From NCBI GenBank assembly GCA_002269645.1, contig NIVC01002459.1:62001-126000 (forward strand): a stretch of 64,000 nt of DNA, given 5' to 3'. Below, piece by piece: positions 1 through 20,219 of the stretch (its first letter is position 1; every line of letters begins with the position of its first letter). This DNA is from Macrostomum lignano (lineage: Eukaryota). The translations under genes and the position numbers were made by a program. The notes below the pieces were generated by a model that had not been told where the DNA came from, ran no database searches, and worked only from the letters and a program-made list of their open reading frames with translations.

Positions 1-406
1 TTATAACGCACAAATACCATACGGCCTTTCTATTCGATTTTTTTTATTATTGTCAACGCCTCACGTTTTGCCAAACCAGTTGTGACCGGTCCACGATGTA
101 GGAATTTAAAGTTTAAATTTATCATAACAGAAGATCGTTCCTTCTCTTAAACAACATTTTCGAGTTAAGTTCATCCTTAAAACATGAATTTATACTAAGT
201 TTACTCTGAAAGTTTTGATTTTCAAAATTTATGCCATATGGTTTTGTTTTAATATTCAAATTATTGCTATAAAAAGTTTTGCTATCCATTCAATCCAGAT
301 ACCGAATATTATAATATATTCTAAACAAGAATACCATCCGCGACTGACCTTTAGGCGTCATTTCCAGTTTATTGTTCTTTCGCGTATCGAAAAGCAAGAC
401 TTAGCT

Positions 407-7989
<7,583 letters not shown>

Positions 7990-8144
7990 GAGTGAGATTT
8001 GAGATGAAGACGAGGACAGAAAACTATTTATTTTGCTTTTAAGTTTTGGTCGAAGGAATCTTGATTTATGTTTTATCAATCCAATGTATTATTGGTTGGC
8101 TTAACGAAATCTCAATTGAACAAAAAATAGGTCTTTTTATATTT

Positions 8145-8150
8145 AATAAA
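8145..8150 (+). promoter_or_regulatory. Probable poly(A) signal of AASS
   Basis: AATAAA about 155 nt after the stop codon, followed by U-rich sequence. Confidence 0.55.
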
Positions 8151-8384
8151 AGCGTTACACAGTAAGACCTGCTCCCCTTCTGTGCTCAGCTGTCATACAA
8201 AGTTGTATTCTTTTTATAAACACAGTATTGATTTTTATCAAAAATTAGTGCGCGTTAAAGCTAATATGCACTTGTGCGTTCTCACTTGTACGTCCGGGGT
8301 ATAGATCCACATTATTCATACTTTTGTCTCTCTTCCTCTCATATCTCTATTTTTCTTGGTAAAATTTTAGCTAGCCGGGAAAGG

Positions 8385-8540
8385 AATGTACACCGGGGGA
8401 TAGAGAATTTGTAATGTACACTGGGAGGATAGAGGGGTTGGAATGTACACTAGGAGGGTAGAGGGGTTGTAATGTACACTGGGAGGATAGACAAGTTGGA
8501 ATGTACACTGGGAGGGTAGAGGGGCTGTAATGTACACTGG
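8385..8540. repeat. 29-bp minisatellite (AATGTACACTGGGAGGGTAGAGGGGTTGT), about 6 copies
   Basis: Unit starts at 8385, 8413, 8442, 8471, 8500, 8529. Confidence 0.9.
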
Positions 8541-9289
8541 AGGCATCCATCTTTATAGCCTATTTTTATCTACGAGTATCTAAATTCTTATACCATCACG
8601 AGAGAGCCAGAGAAATGAGAAGAAATGAATAAGCTATTTATTACTTCAAAGTCATGCAAATCTCAATAGAAATTTGGTCATTAAAATTAATTTTGTTATA
8701 CTACGAATACCAGTAATTCTCTATTGTTATTTTTCCTGTGTTCAGTATTTTTTAGACTCAAATTGTACTACTAGTATTATCAATACTCGGTTGCTGAACT
8801 TCTGTTTTCTAAAAACTTCTAATCAATATATTTAAGACGAATAGCCTCAAAGCTCTGATTTTCAGTGTTATTCTATTCAAGGTTTGCCGGTTTTGTTCCA
8901 GTCTAGAACCTCAGCAGTTGGAAGGCACGGGAAATCAATCATGCATGGTGGCCTGTTTTTTGGCCTCGTACCACCGCAGCGACCGCATATGCGATTTTCT
9001 TGTCAACGTGGGCAAAAAATACAGGGCTTAAAATGATGGAAAGTGAATGAAAGCTTTCGAAAATAATCTTACCGATGGATAGATGATTTACTATAACCTT
9101 AGGCATGTAGATACAGTTCTTATAGTGTATGAATAGGTTTCAAATATGCAAGATAAACAAACTCTTTGCGTACTTTTTGACCCAGGCTTTGACAGAGGCG
9201 ATTCTCTTGGAGATTCTTTGGTATGAGATTCACCATCTGATATGCATTGTCTGTCTGAATCTTACTGCTATCCATTTCCTCTCCCTCTG

Positions 9290-9600
9290 TCCTCTCTACC
9301 CTCTCTACCCTCTCTACCCTCTCTACCCTCTCTACCCTCTCTACCCTCTCTACCCTCTCTACCCTCTTTACCCTCTCTACACTCTCTACACTCTCTACCC
9401 TCTCTACACTCTCTACCCTCTCTACACTCTCTACCCTCTCTACCCTCTCTACCCTCTCTACCCTCTCTACACTCTCTACCCTCTCTACACTCTCTACCTC
9501 TCTACCCTCTCTACCCTCTCTACTCCCTCCCTCTACCCTCTCTATCCTCTCCCCCTCCACTCACTACCCTCTCCTCTTCCTCTCTACCTCCTCACCTTCT
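9290..9600. repeat. 9-bp repeat (CCCTCTCTA)n
   Basis: Read directly. Confidence 0.9.
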
Positions 9601-10213
9601 CTACCCCCTGTCTTACCCTCTCTTTTATCGGAGCCCATGTTATTGGTTACATTGGCACTAAATTATCAGATATATCCGCAAACCTAATGCTACTGACTTA
9701 TTAAGAAAATTAAAAATTTTCCATTTTTAATGAACTCATAGAAAATGCTTTAAAGAAATAAAACAAACTTATCCCCCAGGTTAGGATGAACCAAGTATAA
9801 ACAAACTGAACGTTGTTAAATGAAAATACTTTGAACTGCGGTATGACAGAGGCAAAGTTCACGCACTAAAATTCCACAATCCAGCAGTCTTCATGCCTGA
9901 GCGGGTTTTTTTATCTCCGGGTAGTCAAATCTCACTGAATGCACTGCAGCACACTGATTTAATATTCAAAGGAATCCCAGTTAACACAATGGTGGCTTAT
10001 TAGGTTTATGGCTATCCATCTGATTTGACGTATGATCATTAATTATTAAATACCTCTTGTCGTAGTCAGTAGATTCTGTGTCTGTGTAGTCCCTGTGTCG
10101 GCGGACTTGCGTCCAGACCCGGTTGTAAAACGCTATTAGGAAAAAAAGACTGGACTCTAAACAGGCAACTTTTAAATGGCCAGCTTATGGAACATTTCTT
10201 TGTCTTCCATTTC

Positions 10214-10392
10214 GGATTCAGATTCAGATTCAGATTCAGATTCAGATTCAGATTCAGATTCAGATTCAGATTCAGATTCAGATTCAGATTCAGATTCAGA
10301 TTCAGATTCAGATTCAGATTCAGATTCAGATTCAGATTCAGATTCAGATTCAGATTCAGATTCAGATTCAGATTCAGATTCAGATTCAGATT
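10214..10392. repeat. Perfect hexanucleotide microsatellite (GATTCA)n, about 29 copies
   Basis: Read directly. Confidence 0.97.
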
Positions 10393-10799
10393 TAAAATTA
10401 GTCTTACCAGGTCAAGTTTGTCTGTCCGGGTTTCGGCAGACAGCCTCGGCCACGTCTGTCCGAAGCGGAGGGCGCAGACACAGCGAACCAATTAAAAAAC
10501 TTGGCGCATGTAAAACCGGGGCACCCGACAGGCAGCCGTCTGCTTGACGGGAGATTTCTGAAGCTCTCCCGCCAGTTCACAACATTGCCTTGTTTTTCTG
10601 TATGCCTGAACAAGTTATGCCAAACGAAATATGATGGAAACGGGTTGGCTTTGGAACCTGCCTGTCCCTCAGCTTCGAGTCTTCAAGTCTTGGCTGAAAT
10701 CGGCATGGTGTTCTAAAAAGCTTAACAGTGTGCCCCTGCTTGCCAAATGGAATCGGCTTTTATCAGACTAGTAATATCTTTTATAACATCGTCAAATTA

Positions 10800-11345
10800 C
10801 CAACAACAACAATAGCAACAGCAACAAAAACAACAACAACAACAACAACAACAAAAGCAACAACAAAAGCAAAAACAACAGCAACAACAACAAAAACAAC
10901 AACAAAAGCAAAAACAACAGCAACAACAAGAAAGAATCATCTAAAAACAAAAAAACAACAACAACAACAAAAACAACCAAAACAACAACAGAAACAGCAA
11001 AAGCAACAACAAAAGCAACAACAACAACAACAAATAAACAACAAAAGCAATAGTAACAACAACAACAAAAAAACAAAAAAAACAACAGAAGCAACAAAAG
11101 CCACAACTAGAGCAACAACAAAAAACAGCTGCAACAACAACAAAAACAACAATAACAAAGAAACAACAAAAAATAACAACAACAACAAAGTAGCAACAGA
11201 GAAACAACAAATACAACAACAACAGTAACAACAGTGACAACAAAAATGACAGCAACTATAACAATGCCACCATTAGCAACAACAACAATAACAACAGCAA
11301 AAACAACGAAAACGACAAGAACAAAAGCAACAACAACATCAACAA
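10800..11345. repeat. Degenerate (AAC)n low-complexity tract
   Basis: Read directly. Confidence 0.9.
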
Positions 11346-11784
11346 TCGATAAACATGTTACTATAAAGTTCAATGGATTTAAAAGAAAATATTCCAGTTT
11401 TTAAGGGTTTTCCAATCCAGATTCACCTTGAAAACGTCCTTGAATTCATAGCAAGTTTCTTAGAATCGAATTTGCCAAGCTGTTGCACGCAACTTCGTGT
11501 TGCTAATCAGTGGTCACGAAAGACTGGATGGGAGGCCTCAGCAATGGTCAGTCATCTTGTGGCGCCCGGCTACGCCAAAAAATGAATGTTTTCACACAGA
11601 AAAATACGAACATCTTCTCTCAGTCTGCTTTAAAAAAGCAAGCAAGACCTTTTTAGCGAACTTTTTGGCTGCATGCTCGTATCAATTTTTGCTTGCATGA
11701 ACTCGTTGACAATATTGAGGACGCTGAAGAGTTCTCACAACACATGATAAACTGATGACATCAGTGACTGGTTAATAGAGATCA

Positions 11785-12720
11785 GAGATTAGAGATGAGA
11801 TGATATATAGAGATTATGTAGATAGGAATGATAGAGAATAGAGATGAGAGATGAGATGATATAGATAGCAATGATAGAGAATACAGATGAGAGATGAGAT
11901 GATATAGATGTCAATGATAGAGAATAGAGATGAGAGATAAGATGATTAGATGGAAATGATACAGAAAAGAGTTGAGATGAGATGATATAGATGGAAATGA
12001 TAGAGAATAGAGATAAGAGATGAGATGATATATAGATGTCAAGGATAGAGAATAGAGATGAGAGATGAGATGATATAGATGGCAATGATAGAGAATAGAG
12101 ATGAGAGATGAGATGATATAGATGGCAATGATAGAGAATACAGATGAGAGATGAGATGATATCGATGTCAATGATAGAGAATAGAGATGAAAGATAAGAT
12201 GATTAGATGGAAATGATACAGAAAAGAGTTGAGATGAGATGATTTAGATGTCAATGATAGAGAATAGAGATGAGAGATGAGATGATATAGATAGGAATGA
12301 TGATAGAGAAAAGAGATGAGAGATGAGATGATATAGATGGCAATATGATAGCGAATAGAGATGAGAGATGAGATGAAATAGATGAAAATGATAGAGAATA
12401 GATATGAGAGTTGAGAGTGATATAGATAGCAATGATAGAGAAAAGAGATTAGAATAGAAATGATATAGATGGCAATGATAGAGAATAGAGATGAGAGATG
12501 AGATGATATAGATGGCAATATGATAGAGAATAGATATGTGAGATGAGATGATATAGATGGCAATATGATAGAGAATAGAGATGAGAGTTGAGAATGATAT
12601 AGATAGCAATGATAGAGAATAGAGACGAGAATAGAAATGATAGAGATAGCAATGATAGAGAATAGAGACGAGAATAGAAATGATAGAGATGGCAATGATA
12701 GAGAATAGATATGAGAGTTT
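11785..12720. repeat. About 43-bp GA-rich minisatellite (AATGATAGAGAATAGAGATGAGAGATGAGATGATATAGATGGC)
   Basis: Read directly. Confidence 0.9.
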
Positions 12721-13189
12721 GAGAGAATTTGAAACTTGTGAGGTTAGAGATGAACGAAACCGAAGTTACTAAAAACCGGGGCATGTAAAAGCAGTCCAAT
12801 ATTTCAGCATATAGAAAGGCACTGCTGCCAAGACGCAAAGGTTCAACGGTAGAATCGGCACTTGCAGCCCCAGAGGAGCAGTAGGCAGTCAGTTAGTCAA
12901 TCACAACTACCGCATTGGTCCATACAGCTGTCAAGTATTGGACCTTTGCAAGATCAAACTCTAAAATCTGCGCTTCAGAAGCTGAGGTGCAGCGGTTAAG
13001 ACTTCGCTTTGATGCATTGTTGAATGCTGTGCAGCCAAGCATTAATGGGTTTCACAAATCCTTTGGCAGAAATTACCCGCTTGCTTGCCAGTCAGTGCAG
13101 TGCGCTAGACTGACACGAGTGACACTGACTGGACTGGGGAATATGCTGTGCACTTTGCGCCATGCACCCTAGCTTTCACAGATATTTAT

Positions 13190-14540
13190 CCTCTCTACTT
13201 CCTCATCAGCCTCTCTCATTCTCTTTATCCCTCACGTTCTCTCTCCATCCATCTCTCTCCATCTCTCCCCATCTCTCTCCCCATCTCTCTCCCCATCTCT
13301 TCCCATCTCTCCTCATCTCTTCCCATCTCTCCCCATCTCTCTCCATCTCTCCCCATCTCTCCCCCATTCTCTCTCCCTTTTTCTTTCCCCATCTCTCCCT
13401 CATCTCTCTCCCCCTCTGTCCCCATCTCTCCCTCATCTCTCTCCCCCTCTGTCCCCATCTCTCCCTCATCTCTCTCCCCATCTGTCCCCATCTCTCCCTC
13501 ATCTCTCTCCCCCTCTGTCCCCATCTCTACCCTCCTCTCCCCATCTCTCCCCCTCTGTCCCCATCTCTCCCTCATCTCTCTCCCCATCTCTCCCCATCTC
13601 CCCTCATCTCTCTCCCCATCTCCCCTCATCTCTCTCCCCATCTCTCCCTCATCTCTCTCCCATCTGTCCCCATCTCTACCCTCCTCTCCCCATCTCTCCC
13701 CCTCTGTCCCCATCTCTCCCTCATCTCTCTCCCCATCTGTCCCCATCTCTCCCTCATCTCTCTCCCCCTCTGTCCCCATCTCTACCCTCCTCTCCCCATC
13801 TCTCCCCCTCTGTCCCCATCTCTCCCTCATCTCTCTCCCCATCTCTCCCCATCTCCCCTCATCTCTCTCCCCATCTCCCCTCATCTCTCTCCCCATCTCT
13901 CCCTCATCTCTCTCCTATTCTCTACCCATCTCTCCTCATCTCTCTCCCCATCTCTCCCCATCTCCCCTCATCTCTCTCCCCATCTCTACCCCCTTCTCCC
14001 CATCTCTCCCTATCTCTCCCAATCTCTCCCTCATCTCTCTCCCCATCTCTCCCTCATCTCTCCCCTCATCTCTCTCCCCATCTCTCCCCATCTCTTTCCA
14101 TCTCCCCTCATTTCTCTCCCCATCTCTCCCCATCTCTCCCTATCTCTCCCCATCTCTACCCTCCTCTCCCCATCTCTCCCCATCTCTCCCCAGCTCTCCC
14201 CATCTCTACCCTCCTCTCCCCATCTCTCCCCATCTCTCCCCAGCTCTCCCCATCTCTCCCCATCTCTTTCCATCTCCCCTCATATCTCTCCCCATCTCTC
14301 CCTATCTCTCCCCATGTCTCCTCTCCCCATCTCTCCCCATCTCTCCCTATCTCTCCCCATCTCTACCCTCCTCTCCCCATCTCTCCCCATCTCTCCCCAG
14401 CTCTCCCCATCTCTCCCCATCTCTTTCCATCTCCCCTCATATCTCTCCCCATCTCTCCCTATCTCTCCCCATGTCTCCTCTCCCCATCTCTCCCTATCTC
14501 TCCCCATGTCTCCTCTCCCCATCTCTCCCTATCTCTCCTC
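13190..14540. repeat. CT-rich repeat based on (CCCCATCTCTC)n with higher-order structure
   Basis: Read directly. Confidence 0.9.
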
Positions 14541-14964
14541 ATCGCCCCAAATCAAATATAACAGAATTAGCATTATAAGACTCTAATAATTGATAATTGC
14601 TATCCACGCAAGTGCATATTTAATATACAATCTGAAGTGGCAATGACGTTTCTGGGTGAAGCTGGCATGACATACTTAAGTCGCAACTCTCAAATACAAT
14701 TACGCTCGTAGTTAGAGGAATGCAAAAGTTTGCATAGAGGGAGGGCACAATCAGATGCACTTTGCTTAAAATATTTAGTCACGCGATTATTGAGGAGTTA
14801 TGCATTGTTATCAACTAATATGGAGATTACTGTTTGTCAGATTATGCCAATTCATACATTAAAGTACAACAATATTTCTCCGACAATATCTGACGCAGTA
14901 GTGTGACTTGTCGTGATATGGGCTGGCGGCTGCAAAACTGGACTTCACTGTACTGTCTCTATGC

Positions 14965-15240
14965 CGTATCTATATCTATATCTATATCTATATCTATACA
15001 TGTACCAACATCTATATCTATTATCTATACCTATACCCATATGCATGTCTATACCTATAACTATAACTATTTATATCTATATCTATATCTATATCTATAT
15101 CTATACATGTACCAACATCTATATCTATTATCTATACCTATACCCATATGCATGTCTATACCTATAACTATAACTATTTATATCTATATCTATATCTATA
15201 TCTATATCTATATCCATATCTATACCCATATCTATCTATC
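14965..15240. repeat. (ATATCT)n tract with an internal duplication
   Basis: CATGTACCAACATCTATATC...CATGTCTATACC occurs twice. Confidence 0.8.
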
Positions 15241-15242
15241 CA

Positions 15243-15914
15243 TCACAGCAACTCAACCCTGGTCGCAGTGCCTCCCTCGCTGTCGGGCTGCAGCTGCACC
15301 AGAGTCTGAGCCGGCATCAGCTGCCGCTGCTCCATCATTTGAAGCCGCCTCAGCTGCCGCCACCGGTGCTGCCGCTGCAGCTGGGCCAGCACCGACGCTG
15401 CGGAGCTCAATGGCGAGGCCTGCGGCGACTGCAACAGCAGCGGCCGACTGCAAGACGGGTGCTGGTGGTGCACCGCAGTGACCGCTGACGCTTCCCCGCC
15501 CTCGTGCAGCTGGTGGGAGCAGGGCTGCTCAGCTTCGCTGCTGCCAGCGCTGCTGTCGAACTCCTGGTGCCACTCTTCATCGGTTGCCATGCCAAAATAC
15601 TGCCAACACTCGAGTTCCTGAGCGCCTTCTTCTTCTTCGTCACTTTCAACATCGTCAGAGTCGCCTTCCTTGTTGCCGTCATCGTCGGTCAAGTCGTCAT
15701 AATCGTCTGAGTCGGAGTCGTCGTTGTCGTCCTCCTCGACCATGCGCTCGATGTCCTTGGGCGGGCAGGACGGATGGTCGCGGAAGCAGCAGCGGAACAG
15801 GCAGTAGGCCAGCAGGATGGCCGCGGCCAGGCCCACCACCAGGATCACGATGGTGTCGCCAAGGAAGAAATTCCAACCGGCCGTGGCCGTGTCGCTGCTG
15901 CTGTCGCTGGTCAT
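15243..15914 (-). CDS. Orphan intronless single-pass membrane protein, 223 aa: short N-terminus, TM (IVILVVGLAAAILLAY), juxtamembrane CLFRCCF, D/E-rich then Q-rich tail
   Basis: GC-rich uninterrupted ATG-TGA ORF with a hydrophobic segment and exon-like codon usage. No family recognised. Confidence 0.65.
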   Translation of the reverse strand: MTSDSSSDTATAGWNFFLGDTIVILVVGLAAAILLAYCLFRCCFRDHPSCPPKDIERMVEEDDNDDSDSDDYDDLTDDDGNKEGDSDDVESDEEEEGAQELECWQYFGMATDEEWHQEFDSSAGSSEAEQPCSHQLHEGGEASAVTAVHHQHPSCSRPLLLQSPQASPLSSAASVLAQLQRQHRWRQLRRLQMMEQRQLMPAQTLVQLQPDSEGGTATRVELL

Positions 15915-16249
15915 GACACTCTCCTAATCTGTGTGCTCTCACGGCTTTGTTCCTGTCGGATTCAGCCTATTTGATGCAGCTTGGCCTGACAAACCTCCAG
16001 TCCGTAGTGAGTGGCCATGCCAGCCAATAATTGAACCCGAGGACTGAGGCTGGCTATTCGCTCCATGCTGCGTTAAGACTATTTTCTGACTTTTGCGTAA
16101 AAAATTACTTCAGCTAACGGTGTTCAATGTGGATAGGATAATTGGTTCGTTAATATTAGAGCAATGGGAGAATTATGTGGAAATAATTGGCAATCAGGAA
16201 AGTCTTTTTGACTGCGGATTTTTCTGCCTTTTATCAGTGTCTGACTGCA

Positions 16250-16595
16250 TGTCCTAGTGTCTGACTGTATGTCCTAGTGTCTGACTGTATGTCCTAGTGT
16301 CTGACTGTATGTCCTAGTGTCTGACTGTATGTACTAGACTGTATGTCCTAGTGTCTGACTGTATGTCCTAGTGTCTGACTGTATGTCCTAGTGTCTGACT
16401 GTATGTCCTAGTGTCTGACTGGATGTCCTAGTGTCTGACTGTATGTCCTAGTGTCTGACTGTATGTCCTAGTGTCTGACTGTATGTCCTAGTGTCTGACT
16501 GTATGTCCTAGTGTCTGACTGTATGTCCTAGTGTCTGACTGTATGTCCTAGTGTCTGATTGTATGTCCTAGTGTCTGACTGTATGTCCTAGTGTC
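16250..16595. repeat. 20-bp minisatellite (CTGACTGTATGTCCTAGTGT)n
   Basis: Read directly. Confidence 0.93.
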
Positions 16596-16604
16596 TGACG
16601 GGAT

Positions 16605-16623
16605 TTATGTCTGTCTGTCTGTA

Positions 16624-16660
<37 letters not shown>

Positions 16661-16697
16661 GCCTGTCTGTCTGTCTGTCTGTATGCCTGTCTGTCTC

Positions 16698-16781
<84 letters not shown>

Positions 16782-16788
16782 GCCTGCC

Positions 16789-16829
<41 letters not shown>

Positions 16830-16962
16830 TTCTGTCTGTCTGTCTGTCTGTCTGTCTCAGTGTCTGTCTGTCTGTCTGTCTGTCTCTCTGTCTGTCTGTC
16901 TGTCTGTCTTAGTGTCTGTCTGTCTGTCTGTCTGTCTGTCTTAGTGTCTGTCTGTCTGTCTC

Positions 16963-16993
<31 letters not shown>

Positions 16994-17015
16994 TAGTGTC
17001 TATCTATCTGTCTGC
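16605..17015. repeat. (TCTG)n microsatellite with TCTTAGTG interruptions
   Basis: Read directly. Confidence 0.93.
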
Positions 17016-17299
17016 TATCTTTGATTGAAATTGCTTGGTGTGACTCGTTCTGTGACATTCAAGACTCGCATCAACCCTGCTCACAGTCAATGCCGGTAGT
17101 TTTGAATGAAAAAAACTAATTTCATCTGACAGCCACATGCAGAGGCTCTTATGTCACCAGGAAAGACTCCCCAAGCTCATGTCTCATTATTATTTGGGTT
17201 GTCGGCGTGTCTGACTTGATTTCCTCACGGTCTGTAATCTAATTATTTATTCTGTATGGTTTAAAAAGCAGAAGATGTAATAAATTAGTTCCTTCTCGA

Positions 17300-17510
17300 C
17301 TAACCACAGTCCTCTCCCTTCATCTCTCGACCTACCACACTCCTCTCCCTTCATCTCTCGACCTACCACAGTCCTCTCCCTTCATCTCTCGACCTACCAC
17401 ACTCCTCTCCCTTCATCTCTCGACCTACCACAGTCCTCTCCCTTCATCTCTCGACTACCACAGTCCTCTCCCTTCATTTAAAAACCTACCACAATCCCCT
17501 CCCTTCATCT
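17300..17510. repeat. 31-bp minisatellite (CTCTCCCTTCATCTCTCGACCTACCACAGTC), about 6 copies
   Basis: Period 31 (17312, 17343, ...). Confidence 0.9.
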
Positions 17511-17779
17511 CTTTTAAGAAATGTCAAGCAAAGAAAGAAGCAGAAAAACCAGCTCAAAGATCTGAGCATTGCAAGCAAAATTCCTCTGACGGTGGCTGCC
17601 CCTGTCTCTTTGTATTTTTGCAACTCTTTTGCTGCCTCTTGAAGCAGTGTCAGTTGAAGGTTCGATGCACTTAATCAGCATGTTTTGTCGGGTCGCAGTG
17701 GGTCAGATGACAATAAAAGTAACTGCAGCTGAGATTCAACTTTCAGCATTCCGAGACTCCAGACTGAATCTGCTGCACC

Positions 17780-19414
17780 TCACAGCCTGAAATTTGTTTA
17801 ATAAATTCGGTTGTACATTAAGTTTGAATTATTTAATTAGTGCACACAATTAACACAAACAAAACTAAACAGTCATTTTGTACCAGACCATATTTTTCAA
17901 TTACCACACTTCATTCGATACACCAGATTTCTGCCCCATACTTACGACTATAACAAAATTTACAGTATAAAATGTTTACCATACCAAATTTACCACACCA
18001 GATTTACCACACCAGATTTACCACACCAGATTTAGCGCACCAGATTTACCACACCAGATTTACCACACCAGATTTACCACACCAGATTTACCACACCAGA
18101 TTTACCTCACCAGATTTACCACACCAGATTTACCACACCCAAGATAACACAACAGAATTACCACACCAGATTTACCACACCAGATTTACCACCCAGATTT
18201 ACCACACCAGATTTACCACACCAGATTTACCTCCAGATGTACTTTCCGCGCCGTTTAGCCAAGGGCCGGCCGGAGACGGCGCCAGTCCCGGTTAGGAGTT
18301 CCCACGCTGCCTTCAGACCGCCGACGCGCTCGGCGACAACCAGGCGCCGGCACCAGGCGACCTCAGCGCGGACGGCGTTGTCGACCTCGGACGAAGACGG
18401 CGCTGAGGACGATGGCGATGACGTGTCGTCGTTGCGACGCTCGACAAAATCGGCGGTCGGCCAGCCGGCGGCGGACTCGGCGGTCGTCGGCGTCGTCAGG
18501 CAGGCGGCGACCACCGCGACCGTCAGGAAGAGCGGCAAAAGCGAGACGGACCTGCGGCGGTTTCGGGAAATCCCGAATTGAGTGGGGAAGACTTTGTGTG
18601 CGGAACTGGGTGTGGTAAATCTGGTGTGGTAAATCTGGTGTGGTAAATCTGGTGTGGTAAATCTGGTGTGGAAAATCTGGTGTGGTAAATCTGGTGTGGT
18701 AAATCTGGTGTGCTAAAACTGGTGTGGTAAATCTGGTGTGGTAAATCTGGTGTGGTAAATCTGGTGTGGTAAATCTGGTGTGGTAAATTTGGTGTGGTAA
18801 ATCTGGTGTGGTAAATCTGGTGTAGTAAATCTGGTGTGGTAAATCTGGTGTGGTAAATCTGGTGTGGTAAATTTGGTGTGGAAAATCTGGTGTGGTAAAT
18901 CTGGTGTGGTAAATCTGGTGTGGTAAATGGTGTGGTAAATCTGGTGTGGTAAATCTGGTGTGGTCAAATCTGGTGTGGTGAATCTGGGGTGGTAAATCTG
19001 GTGTGTTGAATCTGGTGTGGTAAATCTGGTGCGGTAAATCTGGTGTGGTAAATCTGGTGCGGTAAATCTGGTGTGGTAAATCTGGTGTGGTAAATCTGGT
19101 GTGGTAAATCTGGTGTGGTAAATCTGGTGTGGTAAATCTGGTGTGGAAAATCTGGTGTGGTAAATCTGGTGTGGTAAATCTGGTGTGGAAAATCTGGTGT
19201 GGTAAATCTGGTGTGGTAAATCTGGTGTGGAAAATCGGGTGTGGTCAAATCTGGTGTGGTAAATCTGGTGTGGTCAAATCTGTTGTGGTAAATCTGGTGT
19301 GGCAAAGTTTAGGGTGGGGAAGTTGGGGTTGGGTGCTTGAAAATCTTCAATTGAAAAATTCTGTGACGAAACTGTGACTGTATCTGAATTTGCTATCGCT
19401 AAAGACACTTACAT
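17780..19414 (-). CDS. Putative secreted peptide/neuropeptide precursor, about 109 aa. Coding exons: 19414-19413 (AT), 18551-18231, 17786-17780 (last exon tentative).
   Basis: Exon 1 ends ACAAT|GTAAGT and exon 2 starts CGCAG|G TCC GTC, giving ATG across the intron and MSVSLLPLFLTVAVVAACLTTPTTA (signal-peptide-like). Basic sites ERR and KRR. Donor TGGAG|GTAAAT. Acceptor TTTCAG|G CTG TGA gives a C-terminus ...KRRGKYIWRL*. TATA box upstream. Confidence 0.7.
17985..18230. repeat. 14-bp minisatellite (CACCAGATTTACCA)n, about 17 copies, intron 2 of the peptide gene
   Basis: Read directly; exact reverse complement of the unit at 18610-19305. Confidence 0.95.
18610..19305. repeat. 14-bp minisatellite (TGGTAAATCTGGTG)n, about 49 copies, intron 1 of the peptide gene
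   Basis: Read directly. Confidence 0.95.
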
Positions 19415-19546
19415 TGTTCTTCTTCAGATTATTTTAATAGGTTTATCGCAAAAGTGACTTATAAACTTGACGGAAGTTTGTCGTTCAGTTTTCTGTCTTC
19501 TTTAGCAGTTCAGCGTGAATCTCGCTGCGCTCTCGGGGTGAGAGTC

Positions 19547-19552
19547 TTTATA
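19547..19552 (-). promoter_or_regulatory. TATA box of the peptide-precursor gene
   Basis: CATATAAAG on the minus strand, about 30 nt upstream of an Inr-like ATTCAC (about 19520) and about 135 nt upstream of the exon-1 donor. Confidence 0.6.
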
Positions 19553-20219
19553 TGGCCAGACACCCCTCCCAGCGGCTCTCATTCCCCAATTTCGTTGCCA
19601 AAGCAAAACTTCTGCGCGTGAAGTCCCAGCCTCCTTCCTTGATGTCGGGTGAGAAATCAAAGTGAAGTGAAGAGAAAATCCCAAGAGATAAAGGAATGCG
19701 GCAGTTGTCTGCTTTCCCAGCGCAAGCTGTGTGCGATTATCAGCGCAGATGAAGACGCTTTTAAAATGAGCGCGAGATCTCAAATATCAGTTTCAGCCCG
19801 AGAATTGGATATCCAATTGGAGAAAATGAGCTGGAAAATGCGCCACCTCACGATTTCTTTGGCGCTTTTTTTCTCGATTCAACTCGTGAGCCTTGTTGAG
19901 ATTTGAGATCAAAACAGGGGATCCCGCTGTTCGATTCCCATGACAAGCCATCCTATCTGTGGAGTGGAACGGCTTAAAGATTGCTTAGCAATTAAACTTT
20001 TTATTTTCTGGAATAATTGCTATCTACAGTACAATATTCGTACGATACTACTCGAGTAGCTTTCTAAGTAGTCAATGGTAGTATAAATATGTTTCGGTGA
20101 CAAGACTGCACTTTCTGGATGGATGGCTTTTTAATGGCTCTCATTGTTCTCACTGAAGGGAGGGGAGAGCAGGTTAGGAAGCTAGAAATGCACCTAAGAA
20201 ATGCGCTTAATTTTTTATC

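Noticed and set aside
11785-14540. GA-rich and CT-rich arrays as a fifth inverted pair
   Set aside because: Only GAGAGATG is shared and unit lengths differ, which is too weak to call the same family.
10728-14586. Poly-T/Q/L and SPSLP ORFs
   Set aside because: Low-complexity repeat translations.
14903-15481. Plus-strand Ala-rich ORF
   Set aside because: Its first half is an (ATATCT)n repeat and its second half is the antisense shadow of the 15243-15914 gene.
18231-18330. NPY/NPF-like features (AVSGRP, phase-2 intron in an Arg codon)
   Set aside because: No RxRF/Y-G-KR amidation motif and no PP-fold Pro/Tyr pattern.
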